Assembly (NCBI GenBank): GCA_963845535.1
Contig: CAWJSK010000013.1
Location: 192,001 to 256,000 of the forward strand
Source: an uncultured Spirochaetota bacterium
GTDB lineage: Bacteria > Spirochaetota > Spirochaetia > SZUA-6 > Fen-1364
Reading direction: 5' to 3'
DNA length: 64,000 nt
Of the stretch, positions 43,826 to 54,126 are shown one piece after another. Made by a program: the position numbers and the translations under genes. How positions within the stretch are numbered: the first letter of the stretch is position 1; every line of letters starts with the position of its first letter. The notes beneath the pieces were generated by a model. That model was not told where the DNA came from and did not search any database. It worked only from the letters and a program-made list of their open reading frames with translations.

Positions 43826-45583
43826 TCACATGGCCGAGAGGAACGGGATTCCCAGCAGGGAAAGTCCGTTTCGCAGCACCTGCAAGACGGCCCTGACCAG
43901 CGCGATGCGGGAAACCACGAGATTGGAGTCCTCATTGCGGAGCACGGGGTGGTCCTGGTAGTAGCGGCTGAAGCTCTTGCACAGCTCGAACAGGTATGCT
44001 GCCAGGATGGAAGGGTTCAGCTCGTTGGCCGCGGCGCCGACGATTTCCGGGAACAGCGCCAGGCTCTTGGCAATCTCCCACTCCTCGGGGAGTGAGAGAG
44101 CCGCCGAAGAGTAGGAACCGCCCCGGAACTTTTCCCGGCGCTCTTCGAACTTTCGCAGCATGCTGGAGATTCGCGCTCCCGTGTACTGGAGGTAGGGGCC
44201 GGTGTCCCCGTTGAAAGAGATCGACTCCTTGGGATCGAAGGTCATGTCCTTTCCCGCGGTGACCTGGAGCAGCCAGTAGTGCAGCGCGCCCAGGGCAACG
44301 TCCCGCGCGGTGCCGGACAGGTCCGCCACGTCATCTTCCCTTTCCTTTGCGCGGATTTCCTCCGCGGCAAGGCGCTCCAGCTCGTCCAGCAGGTCATCCG
44401 CATCCACCACCGTGCCCTCGCGGGACTTCATCTTGCCCTCCGGCAGGTTCACCATACCGTATGCCAGGTGATGGAGGTTGGAAGCCCAGGGATGGCCCAG
44501 ACGGGCCAGGACCTTGAAGAGGACCTGGAAATGATGGCGTTGCTCGGAGCCCACCACGTAGATCATCCTGTCGAATTGCCAGTCCTTTGAGCGCTGGATG
44601 GCGGTCCCGATGTCCTGCGTCAGGTAGATCGATGTGCCGTCGCTTCGAAGCAGGACCTCACGCTCCATGCCGTCATCCGTCAGGTCCACCCACACCGAGC
44701 CGTCAGGATCCTTCTGAAAGATCCCCTTCCCCAGGCCCGCCAGCACTTCCTGCCGCCCGAGCTGATATACGTCGCTTTCGAAGTACACCTGGTCGAATGA
44801 GATTCCGGTGCGCTTGTAAGTCTGCTCGATTCCGGACATGACCCATGAGTTCATTTTCTTCCAGAGGGCTACTGTATCAGGGTCCCCGTCCTCCCACCTT
44901 CGCAGCATCTCGCGGACCTGCTCCTCGGCCTCTGGGTGGTCCTTGGCGTGCTGGGCGTATTTGACGTAGAAGTCTCCGACGAAATGGTCTCCCTTCATCC
45001 CCGCGGATTGCGGGGTTGTCGAGCCGCCGAACATCTGGTAGGCAAGCATTGACTTGCAGATGTGCACGCCTCTGTCGTTGATCAGGTTGACCTTGCGCAG
45101 CGTGGCGCCCGCGGCCAGGAGGATGCGGGAGAGGCTTTCACCGATTGCGTCGTTCCTCAGGTGCCCGAGGTGCAGCGGCTTGTTCGTGTTGGGGCATGAG
45201 AACTCCAGCGTGATCCGCTGGTTGGTGAGCGTCTGCCCCTTCCCGAAAAGCTCGGCTTGCTCGGAGACATCATGGAGGATGTCCTGGATGACGGGCCCGG
45301 GGGCAAGGCGCACGTTCACATAGGGGCCCGCGGCCTCGACGCGGTCCGCCTCCTTCGAGCCGGTCGTGACGTGCTTCACCACCTCCCGCGCAATGACAGG
45401 CGGCGCCTTTCGGAATGCCCGGGCAAAAGGGAACATGGGGAAAGCGATGTCGCCCATGTCCGGCCGGGGAGGCGTCTCCGTCACGAGGGCCGAAGTGTCG
45501 AGTCCGGAAATCCCTGCGTCTGCCGCGGCCCCCGCAAGGGCTTCGGCAATGCGGGCGCGCCATGTGTCTCGGTATTTTCGCAT
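43826..45583 (-). CDS. argS: Arginine--tRNA ligase
   Basis: CPNTNKPLHLGH, KMKSREG and GDTGPYLQY motifs, with ATG at 45583. Confidence 0.96.
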   Translation of the reverse strand: MRKYRDTWRARIAEALAGAAADAGISGLDTSALVTETPPRPDMGDIAFPMFPFARAFRKAPPVIAREVVKHVTTGSKEADRVEAAGPYVNVRLAPGPVIQDILHDVSEQAELFGKGQTLTNQRITLEFSCPNTNKPLHLGHLRNDAIGESLSRILLAAGATLRKVNLINDRGVHICKSMLAYQMFGGSTTPQSAGMKGDHFVGDFYVKYAQHAKDHPEAEEQVREMLRRWEDGDPDTVALWKKMNSWVMSGIEQTYKRTGISFDQVYFESDVYQLGRQEVLAGLGKGIFQKDPDGSVWVDLTDDGMEREVLLRSDGTSIYLTQDIGTAIQRSKDWQFDRMIYVVGSEQRHHFQVLFKVLARLGHPWASNLHHLAYGMVNLPEGKMKSREGTVVDADDLLDELERLAAEEIRAKEREDDVADLSGTARDVALGALHYWLLQVTAGKDMTFDPKESISFNGDTGPYLQYTGARISSMLRKFEERREKFRGGSYSSAALSLPEEWEIAKSLALFPEIVGAAANELNPSILAAYLFELCKSFSRYYQDHPVLRNEDSNLVVSRIALVRAVLQVLRNGLSLLGIPFLSAM

Positions 45584-45702
45584 ATCGTGTTGGGTATAAT
45601 GCAGAGAAACTGGCGCAAGTGCAATTCCATGCTTGCCGGAACGTACCGTTCTTGACTCGCACTGGCTTTTTTCCGTATATAGTCGCAGGAGGACCTGTCT
45701 CT

Positions 45703-48700
45703 TTGTACAAACCCGTTGACCCAAAAGTGAGCTTTCCGCAGGTGGAGGAGGGGATACTCTCCTTCTGGCAGAAGAAAAAGATTTTCGAGAAATCCATCAC
45801 CCAGCGCGAAGGCGGAGAGGAGTTCGTCTTCTATGACGGCCCTCCGTTCGCTACCGGGCTTCCCCATTTCGGGCATTTCGTTCCCAGCACGGTGAAAGAC
45901 GTCATTCCTCGCTACCAGGCCATGAAAGGGCGCAAGGTGGAGCGCCGGTTCGGTTGGGACTGCCACGGTCTCCCCGTCGAGTTCGAGATGGAGAAGGAGC
46001 TCGGCATCTCGGGGAAGAGGCAGATCGAAGAATACGGGGTTGCAAAGTTCAATGAGGCGTGCCGCTCAATCGTCCTCAGATACACGAAGGAATGGCGTAA
46101 GGTCATCACGCGCCTGGGCAGGTGGGTGGACTTTGACAACGATTACAAGACCATGGACCTCGACTACATGGAGTCGATCTGGTGGGTCCTGTCCCAGCTA
46201 TGGAAGAAAGGGCTCATGTACGAGGGATACTATATCCTCCCGTACTGCCCGCGCTGCTCCACCGCGCTCTCCAACATGGAGCTGAACCTCGGCGGCTACG
46301 TCGACGTGGCGGACCCCGCCATCACGGTAAAGTTCGCCGTGGACGGGGAGCCGAACACCTACATCCTCGCCTGGACCACCACCCCCTGGACGCTGCCCTC
46401 CAACCTGGGACTCGCCCTCGGGGCGGACATCGACTATGTGAAGGTGAAGGATGGCGCCGAGTTCTACATCCTCGCCGACCAGAGGCTGTCCGCATACTAC
46501 AAGAGCCCGGAGCAGTACGAGATCGTGGCGCGCTACAAGGGTTCCGGCCTGGCCGGCAAGTCCTACCAGCCGCTTTTCCCTTTTTTCGCTTCTGCAAAGG
46601 CGAAGGGCGCGTTCAAGACGTGGCTCGGGGACTTCGTCACTACGGAGGAAGGCACGGGCATCGTCCATATCGCCCCGGGGTTCGGCGAAGATGACTACAA
46701 CCTGCTGAAAAACACGGGCGTTCCCATCGTCTGCCCAGTGGACGCAGAGGCCAGGTTCACCTCCGAAGTCGCTGATTGGCAGGGGACGTTCGTCAAGGAC
46801 GCCGACAAGCCCATCATCAAGAGGCTGAAGGAGCTCAGACTCCTCGTCAAGCAGGAGCAGTACACGCACGCGTATCCCCACTGCTGGCGCTGCAACAGCC
46901 CGCTCATATACCGGGCCGTCTCGGAATGGTTCGTGAGCGTGGAGAAGATCAAGAAGGACATGCTCGCGGCCAATGACAAGATCTTCTGGGTCCCTTCACA
47001 TCTCAAGGCCGGCAGGTTCGGAAAGTGGCTGGAAGGCGCGCGGGACTGGGCCATCTCGCGCAGCCGGTACTGGGGCAATCCCATCCCGGTGTGGCGCTGT
47101 GAGGGCTGCAAGAAGGAGGAGTGCGTCAGCTCCCGGGCAGAGCTTGAGAAAAAGTCCGGCGCGAAAGTGACGGACCTCCACAAGCACTTCATCGACGACC
47201 TGACGTGGACGTGCTCCTGCGGGGGGACCATGCACCGCATCCCTGATGTGCTCGACTGCTGGTTCGAGTCTGGCTCCATGCCCTACGGCCAGAACCACTA
47301 TCCGTTCGAGAACAGGGAACGCTTTGACGCGCACTTCCCCGCGGATTTCATTTCCGAGTCCATCGACCAGACCCGGGGATGGTTCTACTCCCTCGTGGTC
47401 CTGGGCGCGGCGCTCTTCGACAAGCCGACGTTCCGCAATGTCATTGTCAGCGGGCTGATCCTTGACTCCGAGGGCAAGAAGATGTCCAAGTCGGCACGGA
47501 ACTACACGGATCCCGTGGAGGTCATCAACACCTACGGCGCGGACGCCATGCGGCTTTTCCTGGTGGATTCCGCGGTCCTGAAGGGGGAGGACCTGCGCTT
47601 CTCCGAGGCCGGGGTCAAGGACGTCGTCAAGAGCGTGATCATTCCCCTGTGGAACGCATACAGCTTCTTCGTAACGTACGCGAACATCGACGCCGTCACC
47701 GTCAAAGGCGCGCCGGGGAAGCTGGACAATCCGCTTGACCGCTGGATCATCTCGGAGTCGGAGAGGATGGTCGGTGAGATCACCACGCAGCTTGACCAGT
47801 ACGAATTGCAGAGAGCGGTGGATTCTTTCGTTTCCTTTCTCTCCCTTCTCAACAACTGGTACATCAGGCGCTCGCGCCGGCGCTTCTGGAAGCCCGGGAC
47901 CGACTCGGACAAGCAGCAGGCATATGAGACCCTGCACGCGGCGCTCATGAAGCTCATCCTGGTGGCAAGCCCGTTCATTCCTTTCATCACGGAGGAGATC
48001 TACTGCAACCTGAGGTCTCCCTCCCAGCCTGAGTCCATCCACCTTGCGGACTTCCCCGTGTATGACGAGTCCCGGCGGGACCTCGATCTGGAAAGACAAA
48101 TGAAGGTGACGGTCCGAGCGGTGTCCATGGGGAGGAGCCTGAGAACGGAATACGGGCTGAAGATCAGGCAGCCTCTCTCGGCGCTGCACGTGGTGACCCG
48201 GGACGCGGAGGAGAAACGGATCCTCAGTGAGATGGAAGACCTCATCAAGGAGGAGCTGAACGTGAAAAGCGTCCTCTTCCGGGAGAATGAGGACGAGCTG
48301 GTCGAATACCGCGCAAAGGCGAACTTCCGGGTCCTGGGCAAGCAACTGGGCAAGGACATGAAAGCCGCGGCGGAAAAGATCAGCAGCCTCGGGCTGCAGC
48401 AGATCCATGAGCTGCTGGCGGGCCGGCCCGTGAACGTCGAGGTGGATGGTCGAACGTTTCCCGTCACCTCTGAGGGAGTCGAGGTCCAGAGGATAGAGAA
48501 GGCGAACCTCCGCGTCATCAATGACGGTTCCCTGACAATTGCGCTCGACCCCGAGCTGACTCCGGAGCTTATCCAGGAAGGGATGGTGCGGGATCTCGTG
48601 CGGGGGATCCAGAACCTGAGAAAGGAAAAGGGCCTGGAGGTCTCAGACCGCATCGTGCTTGCCATCTCAGGGTCCGGCGCGCTCCGCGCCGCCGCGGAGA

Positions 48701-48831
48701 ACCACCGCGAGCACGTGCTTTCAGAGACGCTCGCCGTTTCCTGGAGCTGGGACTCCACGGACGCGGAAGCTGCGGAGATCGACTGCGGGGATGAGAAGTG
48801 CCTCGTGTCTCTTCGCAAGGCATCCCGGTGA
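45703..48831 (+). CDS. ileS: Isoleucine--tRNA ligase (type 2)
   Basis: TTG start after AGGAGG. DGPPFATGLPHFGH, GWDCHGLP, WTTTPWTLP and KMSKS motifs, with a type-2 C-terminus. Confidence 0.97.
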   Translation: MYKPVDPKVSFPQVEEGILSFWQKKKIFEKSITQREGGEEFVFYDGPPFATGLPHFGHFVPSTVKDVIPRYQAMKGRKVERRFGWDCHGLPVEFEMEKELGISGKRQIEEYGVAKFNEACRSIVLRYTKEWRKVITRLGRWVDFDNDYKTMDLDYMESIWWVLSQLWKKGLMYEGYYILPYCPRCSTALSNMELNLGGYVDVADPAITVKFAVDGEPNTYILAWTTTPWTLPSNLGLALGADIDYVKVKDGAEFYILADQRLSAYYKSPEQYEIVARYKGSGLAGKSYQPLFPFFASAKAKGAFKTWLGDFVTTEEGTGIVHIAPGFGEDDYNLLKNTGVPIVCPVDAEARFTSEVADWQGTFVKDADKPIIKRLKELRLLVKQEQYTHAYPHCWRCNSPLIYRAVSEWFVSVEKIKKDMLAANDKIFWVPSHLKAGRFGKWLEGARDWAISRSRYWGNPIPVWRCEGCKKEECVSSRAELEKKSGAKVTDLHKHFIDDLTWTCSCGGTMHRIPDVLDCWFESGSMPYGQNHYPFENRERFDAHFPADFISESIDQTRGWFYSLVVLGAALFDKPTFRNVIVSGLILDSEGKKMSKSARNYTDPVEVINTYGADAMRLFLVDSAVLKGEDLRFSEAGVKDVVKSVIIPLWNAYSFFVTYANIDAVTVKGAPGKLDNPLDRWIISESERMVGEITTQLDQYELQRAVDSFVSFLSLLNNWYIRRSRRRFWKPGTDSDKQQAYETLHAALMKLILVASPFIPFITEEIYCNLRSPSQPESIHLADFPVYDESRRDLDLERQMKVTVRAVSMGRSLRTEYGLKIRQPLSALHVVTRDAEEKRILSEMEDLIKEELNVKSVLFRENEDELVEYRAKANFRVLGKQLGKDMKAAAEKISSLGLQQIHELLAGRPVNVEVDGRTFPVTSEGVEVQRIEKANLRVINDGSLTIALDPELTPELIQEGMVRDLVRGIQNLRKEKGLEVSDRIVLAISGSGALRAAAENHREHVLSETLAVSWSWDSTDAEAAEIDCGDEKCLVSLRKASR

Positions 48832-49766
48832 ACCGTCAACCGGCGGTCCGTCTCCTCCTGCGCGTTGGCGCGGCAACTGCCCTTGTGCTGCTCGCCTCAT
48901 GCCAGACGGTCCCGCAGCGCTCCTCGCTTGAGTGGATGGGAGTGCTTCCGGGGGATGCGACAATGTACATCTCCGTTGCAGTGCCGAAATCCGCTGATCT
49001 CATCCGCAAGACGTTGAAAGCGAGCGGCCCGGCCTACAACGACGTCATTACGCTTTCCAATTGGACGACCCGGCTCCTGGTTTCCGTCACGGTGGCGAAG
49101 GACGCGCCCATGAGCTTCGCGGCCGTGGCTCTTGGCGGGTATCCGGCTCTTCTCCTCAGGATGAGCCTTTCCGGAAAGAAGGAATGGAAGGAGGTCAAGG
49201 AGGCGGAAGGCAGCTACTACGCGTGGAACAAGGCGAACCTGCAGCTCAGTGTTCCCAACGGCAGCATCCTCCTTGCAGCGAACGGGCAGATGCCCACGCT
49301 CCTTTCCCGGTACAAGACTCCCGTCCCTCTTCCCTTGCCGCCGGAGGTGGCAAGCGACATGGAGAAAACGGACATCGTAGTTTACATGCCGCAGCTTCCC
49401 GGCGGAATAGGGGAGGCAAGCATTGACCAGCCCGCGGCGGAGGAATCCGTGGACCGTCCCCGACTGGCCATCCGTGACGTGTGGTTGGATGCCGTAAAGA
49501 CCACTGACGGCTACGTCCTTGGCGGCACAATGAACACGGACACGGAGGAGCAGGCGCGGGCGCTGTCGCTCGTGGTCAGGATCGGAATCGTCGCGTGGAT
49601 GAAGTCCTCGAACGTCCCCGACGCGGCGCAACGGCTCCGCACCATCACCGTCTCCGCGGAAGGGACAAGCGTGAGGGTGAAGGGCATTGGCGTGCATGAT
49701 GACGAGCTCATGCCGTTCATCCTCACGCTGCTGGGCGGCGGGCCTTCTTCTGACCAGGCTAACTGA
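48828..49766 (+). CDS. Hypothetical lipoprotein
   Basis: GTGA overlap with ileS and a lipobox LLASC. Confidence 0.72.
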   Translation: MNRQPAVRLLLRVGAATALVLLASCQTVPQRSSLEWMGVLPGDATMYISVAVPKSADLIRKTLKASGPAYNDVITLSNWTTRLLVSVTVAKDAPMSFAAVALGGYPALLLRMSLSGKKEWKEVKEAEGSYYAWNKANLQLSVPNGSILLAANGQMPTLLSRYKTPVPLPLPPEVASDMEKTDIVVYMPQLPGGIGEASIDQPAAEESVDRPRLAIRDVWLDAVKTTDGYVLGGTMNTDTEEQARALSLVVRIGIVAWMKSSNVPDAAQRLRTITVSAEGTSVRVKGIGVHDDELMPFILTLLGGGPSSDQAN

Positions 49767-49767
49767 A

Positions 49768-50418
49768 ATGACGGACCAGAAGATTGTCGTCCTGGACTAC
49801 GGCGCCGGTAACCTTTCCAGCGTCCAGAACGTGCTTCGCCGCTTCGGCGCGGATTGTATCGTCACATCCGACCCCAAAGACGTGGAGCGGGCCTCTACGC
49901 TGATCTTCCCCGGAGATGGGGAAGCAGCGGCAGCCATGGGGGAGCTTCGGCGCAGGGGCCTGGATGAAGCGCTTCGGAGGTTCCACGCTTCCGGCCGCAA
50001 GATGCTCGGAATATGCATCGGCTGCCAGGTTATTTTCAGCCACTCCGATGAGCGTGATACCACGTGCCTGGGGCTTCTGCCCGGAGAAGTGAAACGGTTT
50101 TCGCGCTCCAAGGGGCTGAAGGTCCCCCACATGGGGTGGAACTCGGTCCGTTTCCAGGTCCGCCACCCCGTGTTCGACGGGCTGCCCCAGGAATCCTCGT
50201 TCTACTTCATCCACTCCTACTATCCTGTGCCCGCTGAGGCCGGACACGCGGCGGCGGTGACCGAATACGGGGAGACGTTCGTCTCCGCGGTGGCGGCCGC
50301 GAACGTGGTGGCGGTCCAGTTCCACCCGGAGAAGTCCGGTCCCGTGGGCCTGCATCTCATCTCCAACTTCCTGGCCTGGGACGGGTGCTGGAACGGCGGA
50401 GGAGCGGCCAATGCTTGA
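49768..50418 (+). CDS. hisH: Imidazole glycerol phosphate synthase glutaminase subunit
   Basis: [20 protein letters not shown] and QFHPEKSG motifs. Confidence 0.95.
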   Translation: MTDQKIVVLDYGAGNLSSVQNVLRRFGADCIVTSDPKDVERASTLIFPGDGEAAAAMGELRRRGLDEALRRFHASGRKMLGICIGCQVIFSHSDERDTTCLGLLPGEVKRFSRSKGLKVPHMGWNSVRFQVRHPVFDGLPQESSFYFIHSYYPVPAEAGHAAAVTEYGETFVSAVAAANVVAVQFHPEKSGPVGLHLISNFLAWDGCWNGGGAANA

Positions 50419-51178
50419 GAAACGGGTGGTGGTCTGCCTTGACGTAAAAGACGGCAGGACGACCAAGGGGATCAAGTTCAGGGACAACGTCGACATCGGT
50501 GACCCGGTGGCAATGGCGCGCAAGTACTACGAAGACGGGGTCGACGAGCTGGTATTCTACGACATCACTGCTTCCGCGGAGCGCAGAAAGATCCGCATTG
50601 AAACTGTTCGACGCGTCGCGGAGCAGGTCTTCATTCCTTTTGCCGTCGGAGGAGGCATCTCTTCCCGGGAGGAGATGCGGGAAGTGCTCCTCGCGGGCGC
50701 GGAGAAAGTAAGCGTGAACTCCGCCGCCGTGCGCACGCCCCGGATCATCACTGACGGCGCTTCGCTTTTCGGCAGCCAGTGCATCGTGCTCGGCATGGAT
50801 GCCCGGCGGGATCCGTCCAAACCGTCGGGTTACCGGGTGGTCATAGACGGCGGAAGGACGCCGACTGACTTGGACGCCCTTGCCTGGGCCAGGACCGCGG
50901 AGGAGCTCGGCGCCGGGGAAATCGTGCTGAACTCCATTGACGCGGACGGGACCCGTGACGGCTACGAAATCCCGCTTACCCGAATCATCTCCGAGGGAGT
51001 CGGAGTCCCCGTCGTCGCCTCCGGCGGCGCAGGCCGCCCGGAGCACCTCCTTGCGGTTTTCGAAGAAGGTAGGGCGGATGCGGCCCTCATAGCCTCCATG
51101 GTGCACTACGGAGATTGGACCATCGGACAGATCAAGGGATACCTGCGGGAGAGTGGCGTGCCCGTGCGCGTCACCTGA
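50411..51178 (+). CDS. hisF: Imidazole glycerol phosphate synthase cyclase subunit
   Basis: [32 protein letters not shown] and ASGGAG motifs. Confidence 0.96.
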   Translation: MLEKRVVVCLDVKDGRTTKGIKFRDNVDIGDPVAMARKYYEDGVDELVFYDITASAERRKIRIETVRRVAEQVFIPFAVGGGISSREEMREVLLAGAEKVSVNSAAVRTPRIITDGASLFGSQCIVLGMDARRDPSKPSGYRVVIDGGRTPTDLDALAWARTAEELGAGEIVLNSIDADGTRDGYEIPLTRIISEGVGVPVVASGGAGRPEHLLAVFEEGRADAALIASMVHYGDWTIGQIKGYLRESGVPVRVT

Positions 51179-51208
51179 ACGCGCGAGCCACAGGAACGCG
51201 CGAGCCAC
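51177..51208. repeat. 15-bp direct repeat right after hisF
   Basis: GAACGCGCGAGCCAC at 51177-91 and 51194-208. Confidence 0.8.
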
Positions 51209-51271
51209 CCGGAAACAGGAGCTTTTTTCGCCAAACGCCTGACACGGTGACAACGGGGTGACGGCGCCCTG

Positions 51272-51300
51272 TTGCCGCGACAGTCAGGAGTTGCTATATT
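51272..51300 (+). promoter_or_regulatory. Putative sigma70 promoter of the FmdB-family gene
   Basis: TTGCCG-N17-TATATT with an extended -10 TG. Confidence 0.55.
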
Positions 51301-51382
51301 CTTGAAAAAGAGAGTCCCGAGGCGCTTGCAACCGCACAGATGCGCGAGAACCCTCTCTGTTCAGGAGTCAGGAGTCCTATCG

Positions 51383-51685
51383 ATGCCGACATATGAGTAT
51401 GTGTGCACGAAAGGCCACACGTTCGAGACCGTCCAGAGCATAAAAGACGAGCCTCTCAAGCGCTGTCCCACGTGCAACAGCTCGGTGCGCCGCGTGATCA
51501 ACGGAGGCATCGGGGTCATCTTCAAGGGAAGCGGGTTCTATACCACGGATTACAAAAAGAGCTCCGCCTTGACCGGCGGAAACGGCGGCAGCAAGGAAAA
51601 GGAAAAGAGCGCGGAGGGCGCGGCCACAAAAGCTCCGGAAAAGCCCAAGGAACCTGCCGGCGGAAAAACTTCAGAAAAGAAATAG
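51383..51685 (+). CDS. FmdB family zinc-ribbon protein
   Basis: MPTYEYVCTKGH...CPTC...IFKGSGFYTTDY signature. Confidence 0.92.
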   Translation: MPTYEYVCTKGHTFETVQSIKDEPLKRCPTCNSSVRRVINGGIGVIFKGSGFYTTDYKKSSALTGGNGGSKEKEKSAEGAATKAPEKPKEPAGGKTSEKK

Positions 51686-51688
51686 CCC

Positions 51689-52870
51689 CTACAAGGACAT
51701 CGTTTCAGCCTTCTCCAGCGCCTCGACCAGGAGGGATTCAACGGAGAGGCAGTCATACGCGCGCCTCATCCGATTGACCTCGGGATGAATCAGCGGGTGG
51801 ACGGGAGAAAACAGCACGCAGCAGTCGTCGTACGGAAGGTTCGACGTCTCGAACGTCTCAATCTTTCGCGCTGTAGCGATGATCTCTTCCTTGTTCATGC
51901 CGATCAGCGGTCGAAAAACAGGCAGCTCGGAAAGCGTCCCAGTGAAGTGGATGCTTTCAACCGTCTGGCTGGCCACCTGTCCAAGGCTCTCCCCGGTCAC
52001 CAGGCATTCGCCTCCCCGGCGTCCTGCCAGGAGCGTGGCGAAGCGCATCATGCAGGCCCGCAGGAGCAGCGTCACTTCCTCATCCTTTGCCTTCTCCTTG
52101 ATGCGGGCGAGCACCGGTGTGAAGTTCACAACGTGCAGGATGATGCCGGGCGCATACCGGCAAAGGATGCGGGTCAGCGCTTCGACTTTCTCCCTGGCCC
52201 CCTGCGACGTGAAGGGAGGGGAATGAAAGTACACAGCCTCCAACGCCATTCCGCGCTTGGCCATCATCCAGCCCGCCACCGGAGAATCGATGCCCCCCGA
52301 GAGGAGGAGCACGCCCTTGCCCGAGCTGCCCACGGGAAGTCCGTACGGCCCCGGTGATTGCGGCCCGTAGAGGTACGCGCGCTCGCGGATTTCTATGGAG
52401 AGGATCCAGTCCGGCTCATGCACGTCGACGATCAGCTCGAGAAAATGGGCGGTCAGGATATCCCCGATCCTGCACGCAATTTCGTAGGAGGTGAGCGGAA
52501 AGCTTTTCTCCGCCCTCCTCACTTCGGCCTTGAACCTTGCTCCCCGCCCTTCCGCGAGAAAGCGTTCGGTCAGGCTGATTGCCGCTTCTTCCACCGCGGA
52601 CATCTCTCGGGGAACGCGAACAGCCTCGCAGAAAGAGACCACGCCGAAAGTGCGCCCGAGAGCTTCCGCGATCCGGTCCTTGTCCTTGGCATGGAAGTCG
52701 AGGAAAACCCTGTGGAAAGTTTCATGCACAGAGAACGAGAGGTCAGGGAGGCGCGCGCGGATGGACTCCTTGAGGCTGCTCACAAAGGCCCCGCGGTTTC
52801 GTTTCTTGAGCGCGATCTCCCCGTATTTGATGAGAAAGAGACTGTCGGTTTCGGAACGCGGTCCGCTCAT
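51689..52870 (-). CDS. thiI: tRNA 4-thiouridine(8) synthase ThiI (no rhodanese domain)
   Basis: ATG at 52870. KYGEIALK, a THUMP domain, PP-loop SGGIDS, GQVASQT and PYDDCC. Confidence 0.95.
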   Translation of the reverse strand: MSGPRSETDSLFLIKYGEIALKKRNRGAFVSSLKESIRARLPDLSFSVHETFHRVFLDFHAKDKDRIAEALGRTFGVVSFCEAVRVPREMSAVEEAAISLTERFLAEGRGARFKAEVRRAEKSFPLTSYEIACRIGDILTAHFLELIVDVHEPDWILSIEIRERAYLYGPQSPGPYGLPVGSSGKGVLLLSGGIDSPVAGWMMAKRGMALEAVYFHSPPFTSQGAREKVEALTRILCRYAPGIILHVVNFTPVLARIKEKAKDEEVTLLLRACMMRFATLLAGRRGGECLVTGESLGQVASQTVESIHFTGTLSELPVFRPLIGMNKEEIIATARKIETFETSNLPYDDCCVLFSPVHPLIHPEVNRMRRAYDCLSVESLLVEALEKAETMSL

Positions 52871-54072
52871 GAGCGGCCCTGCGAGATCGAAAGGAGGGGC
52901 GGCATCTCTTCCCTGAGCATTCCGAGGAAGCCGTCGATTTCTGCCGCGGTCGTTGCAGGTCCGATGGACACTCGCATGACGGACAGCGCAGTGGAGTGGT
53001 CTATGCCCATGCTTTCCGGCACGCGCGTGCGGTCTTTCTTTTTTGTGGAGCACGCCGAGCCGGTGGCAATGCAGAACCCGTGCTCGTCCGACACGCGCAC
53101 GACAATCTCCCCCGTGAGCGGAGGGAAGCCCGCGCTCAGGATGTAGGGGGAGAAGGAGTCAGAGTCGATGCCGTCCCGGCTTTCGGGGAACAGGCGGGCT
53201 GCCCTGATTTCCTTGAGCCCCGAGATCAGCCGTTGCATCAGGAGGGTCGCGGAGGCATGGTTTTCCGCGAGCTTGGAAACTTTCTGTTCGGCGGCCGCGG
53301 CAAAGGCGCAGGCGCCGGCCACATTTTCCGTGCCAGGCCTGCGGCCACCCTCCTGGCCGCCGCCAAGAGAGAGGAAGGCTGGGTTGGCGCCCGCTTTCAG
53401 ATACAGGGCTCCGATGCCCCGCGGGCCGCCCACCTTGTGCGCGCTGAAGGACGCGGCGTCCACGCCGAGTGACGGGACGGAGACAGGGATCTTCCCAAGA
53501 GCCTGCACGGCGTCGGTATGCACGAGGACCTTCCGGCCCCTGCGTTGGGAAAACTCGGCCACGACGCGCGAGATCTGGTCAACCTTCTGGATGGCGCCCG
53601 TCTCATTGTTGACGAGCATGACGGAGACGAGCACCGTGTCATGATCGAGGGCGCTGGCTATGGCGCGCGGGTCAATGATCCCGTTGGGACCCGGTTTTAC
53701 GACCGTGCAGCTCATTCCCAGGGACTCCAGGCCGAGGGCCTGGTCGTGAATGGAGGCGTGTTCCACGGCCGTTGTGATGATACGGGCCCTGCGCCGCTCC
53801 GCCCCTCCCAGGCGGTAGCGGTCCAGAATAGAGAGGAGAAGGGAAGTATTCGACTCGGTCCCGCCGGAAGTAAAAACGATCTCGGACGGGGAGGCCCCGA
53901 TCAGGGCCGCAAACCTGGCGCGCGCCCGCGAAAGGAGCTCCGCCGCTTCCCGGCCGGCCCCGTGCGGAGATGAAGGATTGCCGAAGAAGCGTGTTGACAC
54001 TTCCGCGGCCTCCCGGATGGCCGCCTCTTCGGGGGGGGCAGAGGCCGCCCAATCGAGATACACCCGGCTCAA
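52867..54072 (-). CDS. Cysteine desulfurase (IscS/NifZ-like), coupled to thiI
   Basis: GNPSS, SGGTES, HTDAVQ, SAHK (PLP lysine) and TGSACS motifs. ATGA overlap with thiI. Confidence 0.93.
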   Translation of the reverse strand: MSRVYLDWAASAPPEEAAIREAAEVSTRFFGNPSSPHGAGREAAELLSRARARFAALIGASPSEIVFTSGGTESNTSLLLSILDRYRLGGAERRRARIITTAVEHASIHDQALGLESLGMSCTVVKPGPNGIIDPRAIASALDHDTVLVSVMLVNNETGAIQKVDQISRVVAEFSQRRGRKVLVHTDAVQALGKIPVSVPSLGVDAASFSAHKVGGPRGIGALYLKAGANPAFLSLGGGQEGGRRPGTENVAGACAFAAAAEQKVSKLAENHASATLLMQRLISGLKEIRAARLFPESRDGIDSDSFSPYILSAGFPPLTGEIVVRVSDEHGFCIATGSACSTKKKDRTRVPESMGIDHSTALSVMRVSIGPATTAAEIDGFLGMLREEMPPLLSISQGRS

Positions 54073-54074
54073 GC

Positions 54075-54112
54075 TTGAAATGATTGGCTCCTCTCAGTAG
54101 AATTGACTGAGA
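54075..54112 (+). promoter_or_regulatory. Sigma70 promoter with an overlapping palindromic operator
   Basis: TTGAAA (54075-80)-N17-TAGAAT (54098-103), with inverted repeat TCTCAGT-N7-ACTGAGA at 54092-54112. Confidence 0.72.
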
Positions 54113-54126
54113 AAATACCGAAGACA

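Noticed and set aside
45601..45702. T-box leader for ileS or argS
   Set aside because: The intergenic region is only about 120 bp, with no T-box (AAGGTGGTACC-like) sequence or terminator.
49768..51178. hisH-hisF pair as LPS/flagellin amidotransferase paralogues (WbuY/WbuZ type)
   Set aside because: The sequences look like canonical HisH and HisF, and no N-acetyl sugar amidotransferase or glycan genes are adjacent.
51315..51350. SAH or SAM-II riboswitch similarity (GAGGCGCTTGCAAC)
   Set aside because: The resemblance is only partial and the downstream conserved elements are missing. It is kept only as an unclassified structured leader.
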